DNA of 64,000 bases from Octopus vulgaris (Eukaryota): positions 175,212,001-175,276,000 of the forward strand of contig OX597817.1 of assembly GCA_951406725.2 (NCBI GenBank), written 5' to 3'. The notes beneath the pieces are model-generated. The model worked only from the letters and a program-made list of their open reading frames with translations, did no database searches and was not told the DNA's origin. How positions within the stretch are numbered: position 1 is the stretch's first letter; every line of letters starts with the position of its first letter. A program made the position numbers and the translations under genes. This document shows, in pieces, positions 19,876 through 33,415 of the stretch.

Positions 19876-21117
19876 GGTGTAGGGTTATCTCCCTTACGTA
19901 TCTTTCCGCACACCCCTACCTCGTCAATAATTGTCGTCAGAATTAACTCCCTTGGACCTCCTATTTGTTTTTTGCTTTTCACTAGATATGCTTATGACTA
20001 TCTGGAGACAGTTTAGCTTCGAAAAGATCCATCTCGAAATATTTACCACAAACGGTGTTTTAATGATACTCTATTATTCGCAACTATTATAAATCTTAGC
20101 CGCTGTTCACTTGTTTTTTTTCTTCTTTTTTTTTTTTTAACTTACTGCTTCAGTAATCTTCTTAACTGATTTATATTCTAAACTTCCTCTGTTGCATATT
20201 TTTTAGTTTATCTTCTGAACAATAGTAATTATAATTATCTCTGTTAAAATATTATATTGTCATTTTAATTACAATGTTACTCTTTCCATTTACTTTATAC
20301 ATTAAAGAAAAAAAAACAACAAACAAACCCAACACAGACTTTTTGCTTCTTATCGATAAAAAAAAAGAGAAAATATTAATAAAATTTATTTGTAAATGGA
20401 TTTCTTGTTTCTGTTCTAACAAATGAAGGAATTCCTTTGCTACATTTTGCTATTATCTTCTATTGGCAGCATTTGCTTCTCCTGTCGAGTTTCCTTATTT
20501 TATGATGTGCAATTCTGCTCTCCTCCTTCTTCTTCTTCTTCTTTTCTCATTCCTTAAAATTCTACTTCTGCTTATATATTCAACCGCTTCTTGTGCTTCC
20601 CTACACTGCATCTGATAATACTTCTATAGTCAATGCAGGATGTCGATGTCCCCTATTGCTTTTTCTAGTTTTCATTTTATAAAAAGAAAAAAATCCGCCC
20701 TTCTTCAGATTTTTATCTATCTATCTCTATATCGACCTTAATCACAAAGATATGGTTTCCCCAATTCCCCCCATTACCCAGAGACTTTCATGAGCAATGT
20801 TTATTGTTTTGGTCTATTAGGAGAAAAATATGTGATAATTCCAGAATATTACAAAATTGGCAAAATGTCAACTATTTATTTATTCAAAACATAAACATAT
20901 TTTTAAGCATGAGAAAATTTTCTTGTTTTGCTTTATATTGTATGTCAAAATCCATCAGATTGCACCACTATATTGTATACAGAACCACCTTTTATTTGTT
21001 AATTTATTATTATTATTATTATCATTATTATTACAACTGTTATTACCATTTTGAAACTCATATATATATATTATCATAAAAGGAAATGACTATGTCTGTG
21101 TTAATGAATCCATATAT

Positions 21118-21162
<45 letters not shown>

Positions 21163-21617
21163 CATGCACACATAAAACACACACACAGACATACAGAGAG
21201 AGAGACACATACACAAACACACACACACACTCAAACACACACACACACACACACACACATACTGTGGAAAAAAAATTCTCCCGCATTTTATAGTTGACAG
21301 AGTTTTTGACAGCAAATGCAAGCTGTACATTAGTCCAAGCCATGATGAGGAATGGGGGTGGGGGAAAGATTAAAAAAAAAAGCTGGTAAAATGTTACCTA
21401 CATGAAGACTGTTACCACCAGCCGAACTGGCTAATTTGCATCGAAACAAGTGTGGCAGGCTTTTTTTGCTGCATCCAGTGTGTATGTGTGTGTGTACACA
21501 TACATTTAATTCAAAGATGAGGTCCTGATATTGTCCGTATAGAATAGACTTAGTAGTGCTCAAGTAGTTAAAACTTGAGTAGATATAGAAGTTTAACTTG
21601 CTTATCCTTACTTTACT

Positions 21618-21660
<43 letters not shown>

Positions 21661-22002
21661 GTATCTTCTAGTTCAAATATGTCCAAATTTAGTTACTCTG
21701 GTCCTGTTATGTCTTTGTATAAATTAAGGGAATCCTTGGAAAAGACATACCCATTTTTTTCTTTTTGTTTTATTATAATATTCATGAAACAACTTCCTTA
21801 GAATACGTTATCTGGAGCACCAAGCAACTGTTTTGTTGGGATAAAAATATATTATAAAACCTCAACTCAAACCAATCTTAATTTAAATAAAGCAATTTCA
21901 TTCTTCCATTATTTTATCTTTGTATTATATTCTTCAACTCTAACATTAGTTGAATATAGACTAGTCAGCCAATAGTAGTAGTCGTTAAGAAATATTCATG
22001 CA

Positions 22003-22220
22003 GTGAACTGGCAGAATTGTTAGCACACTGGGCAGGATGCTTAGCGGCATTTTGTCTGTCTTTGCGTTCTGAGTTCAAATTCCACCAAGGTTGACTTTGC
22101 CTTTCATCCTTTTGGGGTGGATAAAATAAGTACCGAATGAGCACTGGGGTTGATGTAATCAACTTTCCTTTTCCCCCAAAACTACTGGCCTTGTCCCAAA
22201 ATTTGAAACCATTATTATTA

Positions 22221-22271
<51 letters not shown>

Positions 22272-22492
22272 GTATCATTACTGCTAGGATGATGTTGGAC
22301 TGGCAGAATCATTAGCAACCAGGAAGAATACTTAGTGGCATTTCTTCCAGCTCTTTAGGTTCTGTGTTCAAATTCCACCAAGGTTGACTTTGCCTTTCAT
22401 CCTTTCGGGGTCAATAAAATAAGTAGCAGTTTAGCACTGGGGTCATAGTAATTGACTAACCACCCTTCCCCCTTGTGCCTACAGTAGAAAGC
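22003..22492 (+). mobile_element. Two SINE family A copies separated by (ATT)n
   Basis: Conserved TTGACTTTGCCTTTCATCCTTT core at ~22091 and ~22384. Confidence 0.85.
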
Positions 22493-22653
22493 ATTATTGT
22501 TGTTATTATTTGGTGTGGTTTATTAGAAAGTAATGTCAGGTATTCAACCTGCATTTCTAACAGACTAAAGATATTTCTTTTTGGTTTCCATAGCGTTTGG
22601 CAGCATCATTTGTAAAAATTCTTTTTGAGTTTTTTAGAATAATTAATGTCTCA

Positions 22654-22698
<45 letters not shown>

Positions 22699-23367
22699 CA
22701 CACACACACATACATGCATACACAATTGTCCTGATGCTTTGTAGAAAAACAATGTGACTGGCTTTTCTTCAATCTATTCTGATTTATACACAAATATCAC
22801 AAAATACATTCACACTCAGGTATATTTTCCTCGTTACTCACCCCCCCCAACAACAACCACCACCACCACCACCTCTTTACTAATCACTATAAAATATGAT
22901 CTCTACTGACCAACATGATATCAAATGGTAATAACAATTGCATCATTATATTGTTGTTTGTTGTTTTTTCTTTCAGTAGTTTCTCCTAGTTCAGTTGATA
23001 TCAGAACAATTTGCATGCAAGGCAAGCTCTTATAATCTGTTCTATTAAATGTTACTTGTTAGTGTCACATCAGTATCTTTTTTTTTTTTCTTGTTCCTTT
23101 TTTTTTTATGATACATTGCCTTTGTGATTTTGACATGGATTTGCACTGGTCTTGTGCATGAGCTTCTTCCTTAGTGTTTTATTTTTATTTTCAACTTCAT
23201 TAGCGGTTGATGCAAACAATTCTTTGTTTAAATTCTTCTGTTTGTGTTCTATGTATGCTATATGAATAAATTCTTTTTCTACTCTCTTTACTGGATTTTT
23301 GTTTTTTTGCATCTGTTTCTGTTTAGTACTCTTTATGTATGTGTGTGTATGCATATATATAAACACA

Positions 23368-23420
<53 letters not shown>

Positions 23421-23677
23421 ATGTGTATGTGTGTGTGTGTGTGGTATGTATTGTACGTGTGTGTCTATATGCATATATATAAATGTGTACGTTGGGTGTA
23501 TGATATATAAAATATAAATGTATGCATGTGGTATGTGTGAGGTATAAATATATATTTATATAATGCATATATATTTGTATATATATATATATATATATAT
23601 ATTATGTATATTTATATTTGTATGTGTGTAGGTGTATATATGTATATATATATATAAATCTATATATATATATGCAC

Positions 23678-23724
<47 letters not shown>

Positions 23725-23794
23725 CATATATACATACATATGTATGTATATATATGTATGTATGTATATATGTATATATGTATGTATATAGATG

Positions 23795-23831
<37 letters not shown>

Positions 23832-24268
23832 TGTGTTCAGTATTATGTCCAATTTTGTTTATTTCAGTCAATGTTCAACAAGCGACATTGAATTACTTTT
23901 CAGGAGGAAACAAGTGAATTTGGGTATTCAGTTTATTGTTTATATAGACTATACCCAACTGTGATGAAATCCACTCGTGTGATTAGCAACATCTGGAAAC
24001 CTATTACATGAACTTCACCTACTCACTCAGAATTAAATTACTTCAGTTTTGTCACCATATTTTGATATTTTATTCTCTGCTATACACGTATACATATATA
24101 TGAATGTGTGTGTAAATATAAATATATTCACATATATATGCATGCATACACGTCTATATACATATATATAAATGAATATATAAATATGTATATTTATACA
24201 TGAATATATAGAGTTGCATTTACATACATAAGAATATATACATCTGTATAAGATATACATAAATATAC

Positions 24269-24305
<37 letters not shown>

Positions 24306-24678
24306 CATATACATATGTACATATATACATATACCTACAAATATATATGCATATGTATATATATATACATATACATATGTATGTATATATGTTATATATA
24401 TATATATATATAATATATAAATATATGCATATATACATACATATATAAATATATGCATATATACATACATATATATACATATATACATGCATCTATGGAT
24501 ACAAAACATCAAAAAAACGTTGAACACAATGAGAAACAAAAACATAGAAAATGAACTTATTTTCGAACGACGAAAAAAACAACAGAGAAATGAGAGATGC
24601 AAGATAAAGCATATTTCCCTTCATCAGTTGTCCCTGTTTCATCCACTCCGCGTTTCGAAGTATACATGTATATATATA

Positions 24679-25352
24679 CTAGCAGTATCGCCCAGCGTTG
24701 CTCTGGTTTGTAAGGGAAAAAACTATATAAGCATTTTTAGAGAGTTACTTTCCTTATATAATAGCCAAAAATTGCATTAAAAATGGGAAAAAATTATGGT
24801 AAATTTTTTTTTAAATCGTAGACTCATTGTAGACACGCGCTAATACCCAGAAGGGCTTGATATGAATCACGACTATAAGATACCCGGTTAAACTGGGTAA
24901 ACTGCACTGCAAAATGTGGGAGTAGTTAGGAATCTAAATCGTAGGAGACAGACACACAACCTTACTTTTATATATAAAGACTAACAGTATCGCCTGGTGT
25001 TGCTCGGGTTTGTAAGGGAAATAACTATAAAGCATTTTTAGATAGTTATAGCCAAAAAATAGCAAAAAATGCATTAAAAATGGAAAAAATATGATGGTAA
25101 ATTTTTTTTTAAATCGTTGACTCATCGTAGACATTTTTAGAGAGTTACTTCCCTTTAAAAAAATATGCATTAAAATGGAAAAAAATGATGTTAAATTATT
25201 TTTAAAATCGTAGACTCATCATAGACGCGCGCTAATACACAGAAGGGCTCGATATGAATCCCGACTATAAGATACCCACTTTTGGTTAAACTGCACCGCA
25301 AAATGTGGGAGTAGTTAGGAATCTAAATCGTAGGAAACAGACACACAACCTT

Positions 25353-25360
<8 letters not shown>
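24679..25360 (-). mobile_element. Head-to-tail dimer of a non-autonomous Helitron (24679-24980 and 24981-~25360)
   Basis: CTAG at 24679 with subterminal hairpin. Copy 1 ends ...TATATAAAGA at 24980 (minus-strand TC start) and is immediately followed by CTAACAGTATCGCC, the 3' end of copy 2. Confidence 0.85.
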
Positions 25361-25393
<33 letters not shown>

Positions 25394-25411
25394 ATTATAT
25401 GTATATATATA

Positions 25412-25731
25412 AAGCAGCACTCGGTCAGTTATGATGACGAGGGTCCCAACTGATACGATCAACAGAACAGTTTGCTCGTAAAATTAACATGCAGTGGCAG
25501 AGCATTCCACAGATATATTTATCCTTAACATAGCTGAGAGATTCAGCGTGACACAGAGTGTGACAAGGCTGGCCCTTCGAAATACACGTACTACTTATTT
25601 TTACCAGTTGAGTGGACTGGAGGAATGTGAAATAAAGTGTCTTGCTTAAGGACACAACGTGTGACCGGAAATTGAACTCACAACCTTATGATCATGAGCT
25701 GAATGCCCTAACCACTAAGCCACGTGCCTTC
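25412..25731 (-). mobile_element. tRNA-derived SINE (family C-related, CORE-like GTGTCCTTAAGCAAGACAC)
   Basis: Minus strand GGCACGTGGCTTAGTGGTTAGGG...GAGTTCAATTTCC head. Related fragments lie at ~30218-30340 and ~61745-61880. Confidence 0.75.
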
Positions 25732-25937
25732 ACTTATGTATATATATACATATATATATGTGTATATATATATATATATCTATATATATACATGTGTGCA
25801 TATATATATATGCATATATATATGTATACATATATGTATGTATATATATATACATATATATACATATACATATGTGTGTTTATATATATACACTTACATA
25901 TACATATGTGTGTTTATATATATACACTTACATATAC

Positions 25938-25997
<60 letters not shown>

Positions 25998-26317
25998 GGA
26001 ACAAAACAATAAAGAGCATTAAAACGTTCAGACAGAGACAACACAAAGGCAGATAAGAGAAACAACAATTAGAAGGACAGGCAAAAAAGACGGGTCATTC
26101 TTAACTTTCTTTCTTCAGTCAGGTACCTAAAGTCACAACCATTTTGGACAGTTACACTTAAGATGGTTCGATCTGGTTGTCCCCCAAAAAGTCTAAGCTG
26201 AGAGCATTAGACCCCTTTGTAAAAAAACTAGCAAGTGTGTATGGCAACAAAGACAAAAAATGGAGAACATGGTACAGAATTACAAATACAAACAACATAT
26301 ATGTACGTATATATATG

Positions 26318-26367
<50 letters not shown>

Positions 26368-26570
26368 GAGACGCAATGGCCCAGTGGTTAGGACAGCGAA
26401 ATCGCAGTTTCGATTTCCTGATCAGGCATTGCGAGTGTTTATTGAACAAAAACATATGAAGCTCCATCAGTGGGTGGTGGCGAACCCTGCTATACTCTTT
26501 CACCACAACTTTCTCACACTCTTCCTTTCGTCCTGTTTCTCTTGTACTTGTATTTCAAAGGGCCAGCTTT
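26368..26570 (+). mobile_element. SINE family C copy
   Basis: GGAGACGCAATGGCCCAGTGGTTAGG head, homologous to 10768-11068. Confidence 0.8.
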
Positions 26571-27707
26571 GAAATTCAATAAATTCTCATAAGCCTAGTT
26601 TCCCAGATTCTGTGGCATATATATTCCCCCTCCTGGATGGCACATTGGTTTGCTGTAGGATTACTCATTTTGCCACCTGAGTGAACTGGAGCAACGTGAA
26701 ATGAGATCTTTTTATCCAAACAGCTTGAAACAATTTATTTAAATAGGTTCAATTTTATTATTTATTTTACTGAAACAAAAAGAACTTCAAATTTTGGTGT
26801 TAAAAACACTTGAAATTATGGTTTAAAATCATATCTTTCACAAAAAATAAGTCCTACCTATTAAAAAAGCTTATTAGAAGAGTAAGAGATGCAGCAGAGA
26901 CTATCAAAATTAAGATAAACACATAAATGTCAACTGAGTTTGGATATTATATCATTATATCAAACCTTTGCATTTTGAGAATGCCAGAGACAGTAATAAG
27001 TTTTACTAATCAGCTAGTTTATGTTTTGTTAGTACAATGCTATTGTTACTTCGACTAGCCAGATATTGTAGTTTTCTTGAAAACAGCTTTCATTACAGAA
27101 ATATTGCATTTTCATAAGAATGATGCTTGTATTTTGTATTGTATGAAAACAACAGCGAGATTAAGAAATATAAAAAATTTCAATACCTTCAACCACCACC
27201 ATCACTGCTGCTGTCACTACTATCATCAGCATCATCATTATCATCCATCAATGATCTCTTCTCAAAGCTTGCATGGATCAGACGAAATTTGTTGGAGCAG
27301 ATCTTCCATAGCTAGTTCTCCTCCTTGTCACCAATGCTCACCTGTTTTCAAATAAGACCTGCTCTTCCGTATTCTCTCTGTTGTTTCTCCTCAAGGGCTA
27401 GAATTACAATCTTCAGCGACCGGTGCCACTCCTAACACCACAAGGCCTTCTCCTCCCAGGTGCCTCGGGAGATACTGGAGTTCTTCACTTATCACTTTAG
27501 TACCTCCCTGTATCACAACCTTTGGTCACCATGACTGCAACCATGCTGGAGCACTGCCTTTAGTCAAACAAACTGACCACAGGACTTATTCTTTGTAAGC
27601 CTAGTACTTATTCTATCAGTCTCTTTTGCTGAACTGCTAAGTTACATAAATACACCAACATTGGTTGTCAAGTGATGGTCAGAGAACAAACATAGACACA
27701 CAAATGT

Positions 27708-27739
<32 letters not shown>

Positions 27740-27834
27740 TAGCAGAATTGCCCGGCGTTGCTCGGGGCTGAATTGCTTGAAAGTACTGTTAATGATTGCA
27801 CTGAATTATGATGATTATTCAGGCAAATATTGAT

Positions 27835-28350
27835 ATAAGTTTACGCTGGGAGATAAGGACTTAACGATCAAACGTGTGCCATTGCATTGTTTTGGGGGAA
27901 CCAAATTTCTGATGAGCATTATAGGGGCACCAACTTTAAGTTTGAGAATGTGTGGTGGTAGTCCGGGGTGCTCAAAGGAATTGAGTACCTCTATTGGATA
28001 GTTGATGACGTCCTCTGGGTCAGGAGTTGTATCGATAGACTGATATACATAGACTTCCCCAGGAATGAGTTTTAGCATTTCATCATTAATATGGTGAACA
28101 GTTTTATTCCTCGGGGCCAGTATAGCCTTTTGGCCAATCCAATCTATATTCTGATAATTAGCTTGTAGATCTGGGAACACTGCATCTCTGAGATCAGAAG
28201 GCGTCTTAACAATGGTACAAATGGAATCGATGGCAATATTACCATTTTCATCCCCTGGTATTTTGCCTTCGCCAAGTGCAAGGAGGGTGTGAGGAAATGC
28301 TGCTGATGTGATATTACGTCGCATATGAGCACACATATTGGTGTGAAGTT
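27835..28350 (-). pseudogene. Helitron RepHel PIF1-family helicase fragment
   Basis: ORF has KAILAPRN..VHHIN, YPIEVLNSFEHPGLPPHILKLKVGAPIMLIRNL...CNGTRLIV, typical PIF1/Helitron helicase motifs. Truncated at both ends. Confidence 0.9.
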
Positions 28351-28585
28351 TGAGAGTTACTTCCCTTTATTAAAAAAAATATGCATTAAAATGGAAAAAA
28401 ATGATGGTAAATTATTTTTTAAATCGTAGACTCATCGTAGACGCGCGCTAATACCCAGAAGGGCTCGATATGAATCACAACTATAAGATACCCGGTTTTG
28501 GTTAAACTGCATCGCAAAATGTGGGAGTAGTTAGGAATCTAAATCGGAGTAGACAGACACACAACCTTTCTTTTATATATAAAGA

Positions 28586-29268
28586 TTTTCGTCCTAAAAA
28601 ACTGTGTATGGATTGAATGGTTACCTCTATGGAAATATATACATGCACATTATACATAAATGTGTGTATAGATGAATATATAAATACATTTAAATATCCT
28701 TTTGGGTGATCTTTCTGCTTCTTAGAGATAACTTTAGATCTTATTTTCGTCCTAAAAAACTTTGTATGGATTGAATGGTTACCTCTATGGAAATATATAC
28801 ACACACGTTATACATACATGTGTGCATAGATGAATATATAAATACATTTATATATCTATATACACTTTTGGGCGATCTTTCTGCTACTTAGAGATAACTT
28901 TAGATCTTATTTTCGTCCTAAAAAACTTTGTGCGGAGTGAATGGTTACGTCTATGGAAATATATACACACACATTATACATACATCTGTATATAGATGAA
29001 TATATAAATACATTTAAATATCTATATACACTTTTGGGCGATCTTTCTGCTACTTGGATATACTTTAGATCTTATATTCGTCCTAAATAACTTTGTATGG
29101 AGTGAATGGTTATGTCTATGGAAATATATACACACACATTATACATACATGTGTGTATAGATGAATATATAAATACATTCAAATATCTATATACACTTTT
29201 GGGCGATCTTTCTGCTACTTGGATATACTTTAGATCTTATATTCGTCCTAAAAAACTTTGTATGAATT
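28586..29268. repeat. Tandem repeat, ~165-bp unit, ~4.2 copies
   Basis: Unit start T(T/A)TTCGTCCTAAA recurs at ~28586, 28744, 28910, 29075 and 29240. Confidence 0.9.
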
Positions 29269-29518
29269 GAAAAAGAAAATGAATTGAAATTTTTAAGAAA
29301 GGGATTTGTTTACATACATGTGTGAAATGACAAATGTTTGTGCAGTTGTCCGAAATGGAACCAGGGTAAATGTGTGGAACTGATGTATTATAATGAATAG
29401 TCCTTCTTGTTGTGAATATTAATTTGATTAATATGAACTGAAAATCAGTGGTGTAGCATATAAGACCATAGGTGATCTTCTAGCAAAAAGGATGACCAGT
29501 CTGACTGGCTCATCCCTG

Positions 29519-29558
<40 letters not shown>

Positions 29559-29570
29559 ACACACACACAC

Positions 29571-29637
<67 letters not shown>

Positions 29638-30585
29638 AGCTTACAATGTTATTTATATATTTGCGTGTCTATGTGTGTAAAGAGAAAGTGGGAGTAATAG
29701 GCAGGAGAAAGTAGGAGAAATTATGGTGATAGCATGAGTGAAGCAGTTCATCCCTTTTATATAAATACTTTCACTTTAATCGTTGCACACTTGCAAAGAG
29801 AAAGGAGGAGAAAGTGTAGTGGTAATGGTATGAGTGAATCACTTGAACTGAAAGAGAAAAATCGTTAAATAGTTAGTTTTCTTGAATTTTTGCTTAATTG
29901 GGGGTGAAATTGAAAAACTTTACATGCCACGACCCGATGTATTCTACTTATAAAAATGTTAGGTAAATTCTAATTGAAGAAATTCTATATTGTAGATTTG
30001 TATAATAAACAAACGGTTTGGGAGGCAGATAAAATCTGCCTTTTATAATAAGAGATATATATATATATACATGATGGGCTTCTTTCAGTTTCTGTCTACC
30101 AAATCCACTCACAAGACTTGGCCCAAGGTTATAGTAGAAGATGCTTTCCCAAGGTGCCATGCAGTGGGACAGCACCTGGAGCCCTGTGGTTGGGAAGCAA
30201 GCCTCTTACCACACAGTGGACTGGAGAAATGTGAAATGAAGTGTTTTGCTCAGGAACACAATACATTTCCTGGTCCAGGAATTAAAACCACAATCTTAGA
30301 ATCATATTTTCATCACTCTGACCACTAAGCCATGCACCTACACACACATGCACACACACACACACATGTGTGCATTTATGAACATAGTATTTACATTACT
30401 TTCTACATTAAGAAATATAATTATATTATGTAGAAGTGGTTACAATCCAAGATGTCATTATGAAGCATGTTGACATGTTCCAATAATCAAATGTATGTAT
30501 ACAGGAGTTTTATTTTAAATGAGGCATACGTACTTGTTGAGATTTCTGTGGGATTATATTATTATATTTGCAGAGTTAGCATATT

Positions 30586-30665
30586 TTAAAACAAAGACTG
30601 GAGAATTTGGTATATTTGTAACATGAAATTAGAGATATACCAAATCTTCCAATCTTTTGTTTTAA
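30586..30665. other. Imperfect ~30-bp hairpin of pre-miRNA dimensions
   Basis: TTAAAACAAAGACTGGAGAATTTGGTATATTT pairs with AGATATACCAAATCTTCCAATCTTTTGTTTTAA with two mismatches, a bulge and G-U pairs; loop ~15 nt. Confidence 0.4.
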
Positions 30666-31129
30666 TTCATAATTGTTATATACGATATAATTCAATAAAT
30701 TTGATTGGCTCAAAAATGATACAAAAAGGTTGTTAATTATTTAATTAGATTCATACAATGACAGCAACAATCAGTGAAAACAATTATATAATTCCCCTGC
30801 CTGCAATACCTACAAAATATATTATGTTTTCTTGACAATTTACTTTTCTTGTGTGACTTTCTGTCAACACTATTCTCTGATGAGGCTTACATTTCCAGTT
30901 TATATAAATCTGTTATAAATACATTGATTACGACAAAAAACAGGTTAAAGAATATGCTATCTTCAGCACTATCCAAAGAACAAAATGTATTGAATCCTCT
31001 ACAGGAAATGGAACTAAGTCTCTACTCTACAGGTCAAGTATGTATTCTGTATTCATTCACATTCAAAATTCATTGCACTTATAAATGTCATTTAACTGTA
31101 ATTTGCTGTAATTATTTCAAATGCATATC

Positions 31130-31207
31130 TTTCTTCTTCTTCTTCTTCTTCTTCTTCTTCTTCTTCTTCTTCTTCTTCTTCTTCTTCTTCTTCTTCTTCT
31201 TCTTCTT
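31130..31207. repeat. (TTC)n microsatellite
   Basis: Directly visible. Confidence 0.95.
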
Positions 31208-31552
31208 TGCCCCTTGTTTTATCATAATTTCTTCCTCACTCTTTTTCTTCTCATATTGTCACTTACCCACACGTGTAAAAAATATACCTGTCCCTGCTTC
31301 AACCAAGTTTATTTTCAGGCTCACCTGACCAAAATGAGTTGATGGACATGGTATAGAAAGAAAGTTCAACAACTACAATGCCAGTTACCTGCTGACCTGG
31401 AACCAAAAACTCCAAATGTGACTCACAAAATTTGGCTTTGAATAAATATGATTCTACTCTAACCATATTGACTACTTTTTTTTCACTTAATTCTAACTCT
31501 AACTTCAGTGAAATCACAACTCACTGTATATGTGTGTGTGTATATATATATG

Positions 31553-31913
31553 TGAGTTCATGGCTGTTTCCTGCACCAGCTTCACATAGAAGCCCCAGCC
31601 CATCCAAAGTGCCTTGGGTTGCAGGATGGCCTGCTGTGCTTACCTTGGAACGTCGGGCGACCTGCTGTTGTTGAGGAGACTTATTGAGTCAAGTACATCA
31701 ACATCAAAAAATCAATGGAAATTGTAGTTGTGATACCTGTGCTGGTGGCACGTATAAAGCACCCACTACACTCATGGAGTGGTTGGTGTTAGGAAGAGCA
31801 TCCAGCTGTAGAAACACTGCCAGATCAGACAGGAGCCTGGTGCAGCCTCCTGGCTTCCCAAACCCCAGTCGAACTGTCCAACCTATGCTAGCATGGAAAA
31901 TGGACGTTAAACG
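31553..31913 (+). mobile_element. RTE LINE 3' UTR fragment (same tail as 5870-6040)
   Basis: GGAAGAGCATCCAGCTGTAGAAAC...GGAGCCTGGTGCAGCCTCCTGGCTT...GACGTTAAACG. Further pieces at ~33445-33570 (+) and ~37335-37480 (-). Confidence 0.8.
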
Positions 31914-31938
31914 TAGAGAAGAGAGAAATATATATATG

Positions 31939-32471
31939 CAGGGTGATTGAAAAGTAACTCCCTATTTTAAAATAATTATAAATTATTTATTAATTGTAAT
32001 TTTTACAAAAAACTGGATATGAGAGGAAAGATTTTAGTGTGAGGCTTTATTTAAAATTTGATTTGGGCTCCAGATGTCACCACCAGCTTCTTGAGTTGCC
32101 CAGGAATTGCGTTGACAGATTTCGTCAGAAACTCTTGTGGGATGGAAGGAGACATAACTTCTCATATTCACCCTTCAAGTTCTTCCAAAGTCTTTGGTTT
32201 GGTACAGTAGAATTGTTCTTTTAACCAACACCCAAAAAGAAGTCACAGGGTGTTACATTGGGACTTTTTGCTGGCCACTCATGTGGACAACAACGACCCA
32301 TCCATCTCCTGGGAAAGTGGGCATTCAACCATTTGTGAATGACAAAAGCAATACAATTAAAGAATAAATTCTCATACTTCAAAAAATGAACAAAAAATTT
32401 AAGGAAAAAATTACAAGTGATAAATAATTCATAAGTATTTTAATATAGGGAGTTACTTTCCAATCACCCTG
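31939..32471 (-). mobile_element. Internally deleted Tc1/mariner-superfamily element
   Basis: ~28-bp TIRs CAGGGTGATTGAAAAGTAACTCCCTATT / AATAGGGAGTTACTTTCCAATCACCCTG, with flanks TG and TA. Internal minus-strand peptide WLNAHFP..WMGRCCPHEWPAKSPNVTPCDFF corresponds to the WPxxSPDLxPxDF motif. Confidence 0.9.
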
Positions 32472-32476
32472 TATGG

Positions 32477-32538
<62 letters not shown>

Positions 32539-32560
32539 GAAACATTCCTGTCACAACCTG

Positions 32561-32603
32561 GGACCTTGAAGACTGCTTAAATGCAAGAAAGTATACTAGT
32601 TCC
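32561..32603 (+). ncRNA. Minimal type I hammerhead ribozyme-like motif
   Basis: GGACC-TTGAAGA-CTGC ttaaat GCAA-GAAA-GTATAC-TA-GTTCC. Palindromic stem III (AGTATACT), C3 to U, one mismatch each in stems I and II. Confidence 0.6.
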
Positions 32604-32779
32604 TTAATATTTGATATTCAATATTTCATCTATTCAATAAGACAATCAATATTTCATTTCATTTTACTATATATACTATTTATACTATATATTCTATATT
32701 CTACATTAATATTATAAAGAGTATAAATAAAACAGACAGAGTTAGAATTCCTTTGAATAATAATATATATATATATATA

Positions 32780-33415
32780 GGTGCAGAAGCGGCTGTGTGG
32801 TAAGTAGCTTGCTTACCAACAACATGGTTCTGGGTTCAGATCCACTGCGTGGCACCTTGGGCAAGTCTTCTACTATAGCCTCGGGCTGACCAAAGCCTTG
32901 TGAGTAGATTTGGTAGACAGAAACTGAAAAAAGCCCGTCGTGTATATGTATATATATATTTCTTTACTACCCACAAGGGGCTAAACACAGAGGGGACAAA
33001 CAAGGACAGACAAAGGGATTAAGTCGACTACATCGACTCCAGTACGTAACTGGTACTTAATTTATTGACCCCGAAAAGATGAAAGGCAAAGTCGACTTCG
33101 GCGGAATTTGAACTCGGAACGTAACGACAGACGAAATACGGCTACGAATTTCGCCCAGCCTGTTAACATTTCTACCAGCTCGCCGCTAGTATATATATGT
33201 TTGTGTGTCTGTCTCCCCCACCCAACGTCGCTTGACAACCAATGCTGGTGTGTTTACGTTCCTGTAACTTAGCGGTTCAGCAAAAAAGACTGATAGAATA
33301 AGTACTAGGCTTACAAAGAATAAGTACTGGGGTCGATTTGCTTGACTAAAGGCGGTGCTTCAGCATGGCCACATTCAAATGACTGAAACAAGTAAAAGAG
33401 TAAAAAAGAGTGAAG
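32780..33415 (+). mobile_element. Full-length SINE family B with nested minus-strand SINE family A (32958-33186)
   Basis: tRNA-like head GGCTGTGTGGTAAG...GGGTTCAGATCC, CORE-like ACCTTGGGCAAG, tail GGTGCTTCAGCATGGCC...CTGAAACAAGTAAAAGAG. The family A copy interrupts its internal (TA)n. Confidence 0.85.

Larger units (their letters stand above)
27739..30055 (-). mobile_element. Composite Helitron with PIF1-like helicase fragment and internal tandem repeat
   Basis: 3' end CTAG at 27739 with hairpin GCCCGGCGTTGCTCGGGG. Two candidate 5' TC ends at 28585 and 30055, each preceded by A on the minus strand. Confidence 0.75.

Noticed and set aside
21434-21441. Octamer motif ATTTGCAT in unique sequence
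   Set aside because: A single 8-mer is expected by chance in 64 kb of AT-rich DNA.
26368-26440. tRNA-like sequence (also the heads at 32780, 46951 and 61298)
   Set aside because: These are A/B-box heads of SINEs that continue into SINE bodies; no full cloverleaf or Pol III terminator.
27815-28336. PIF1 helicase as a host gene
   Set aside because: It is an intronless truncated fragment lying between Helitron termini.
28586-29268. Regular repeat array resembling CRISPR
   Set aside because: Whole ~165-bp units are repeated with no unique spacers. The context is eukaryotic and there are no cas genes.
30849-31043. Non-repetitive ORF segment ending at a GTATGT donor-like site
   Set aside because: No convincing acceptor, recognisable protein or partner exon; cannot be supported without RNA-seq.
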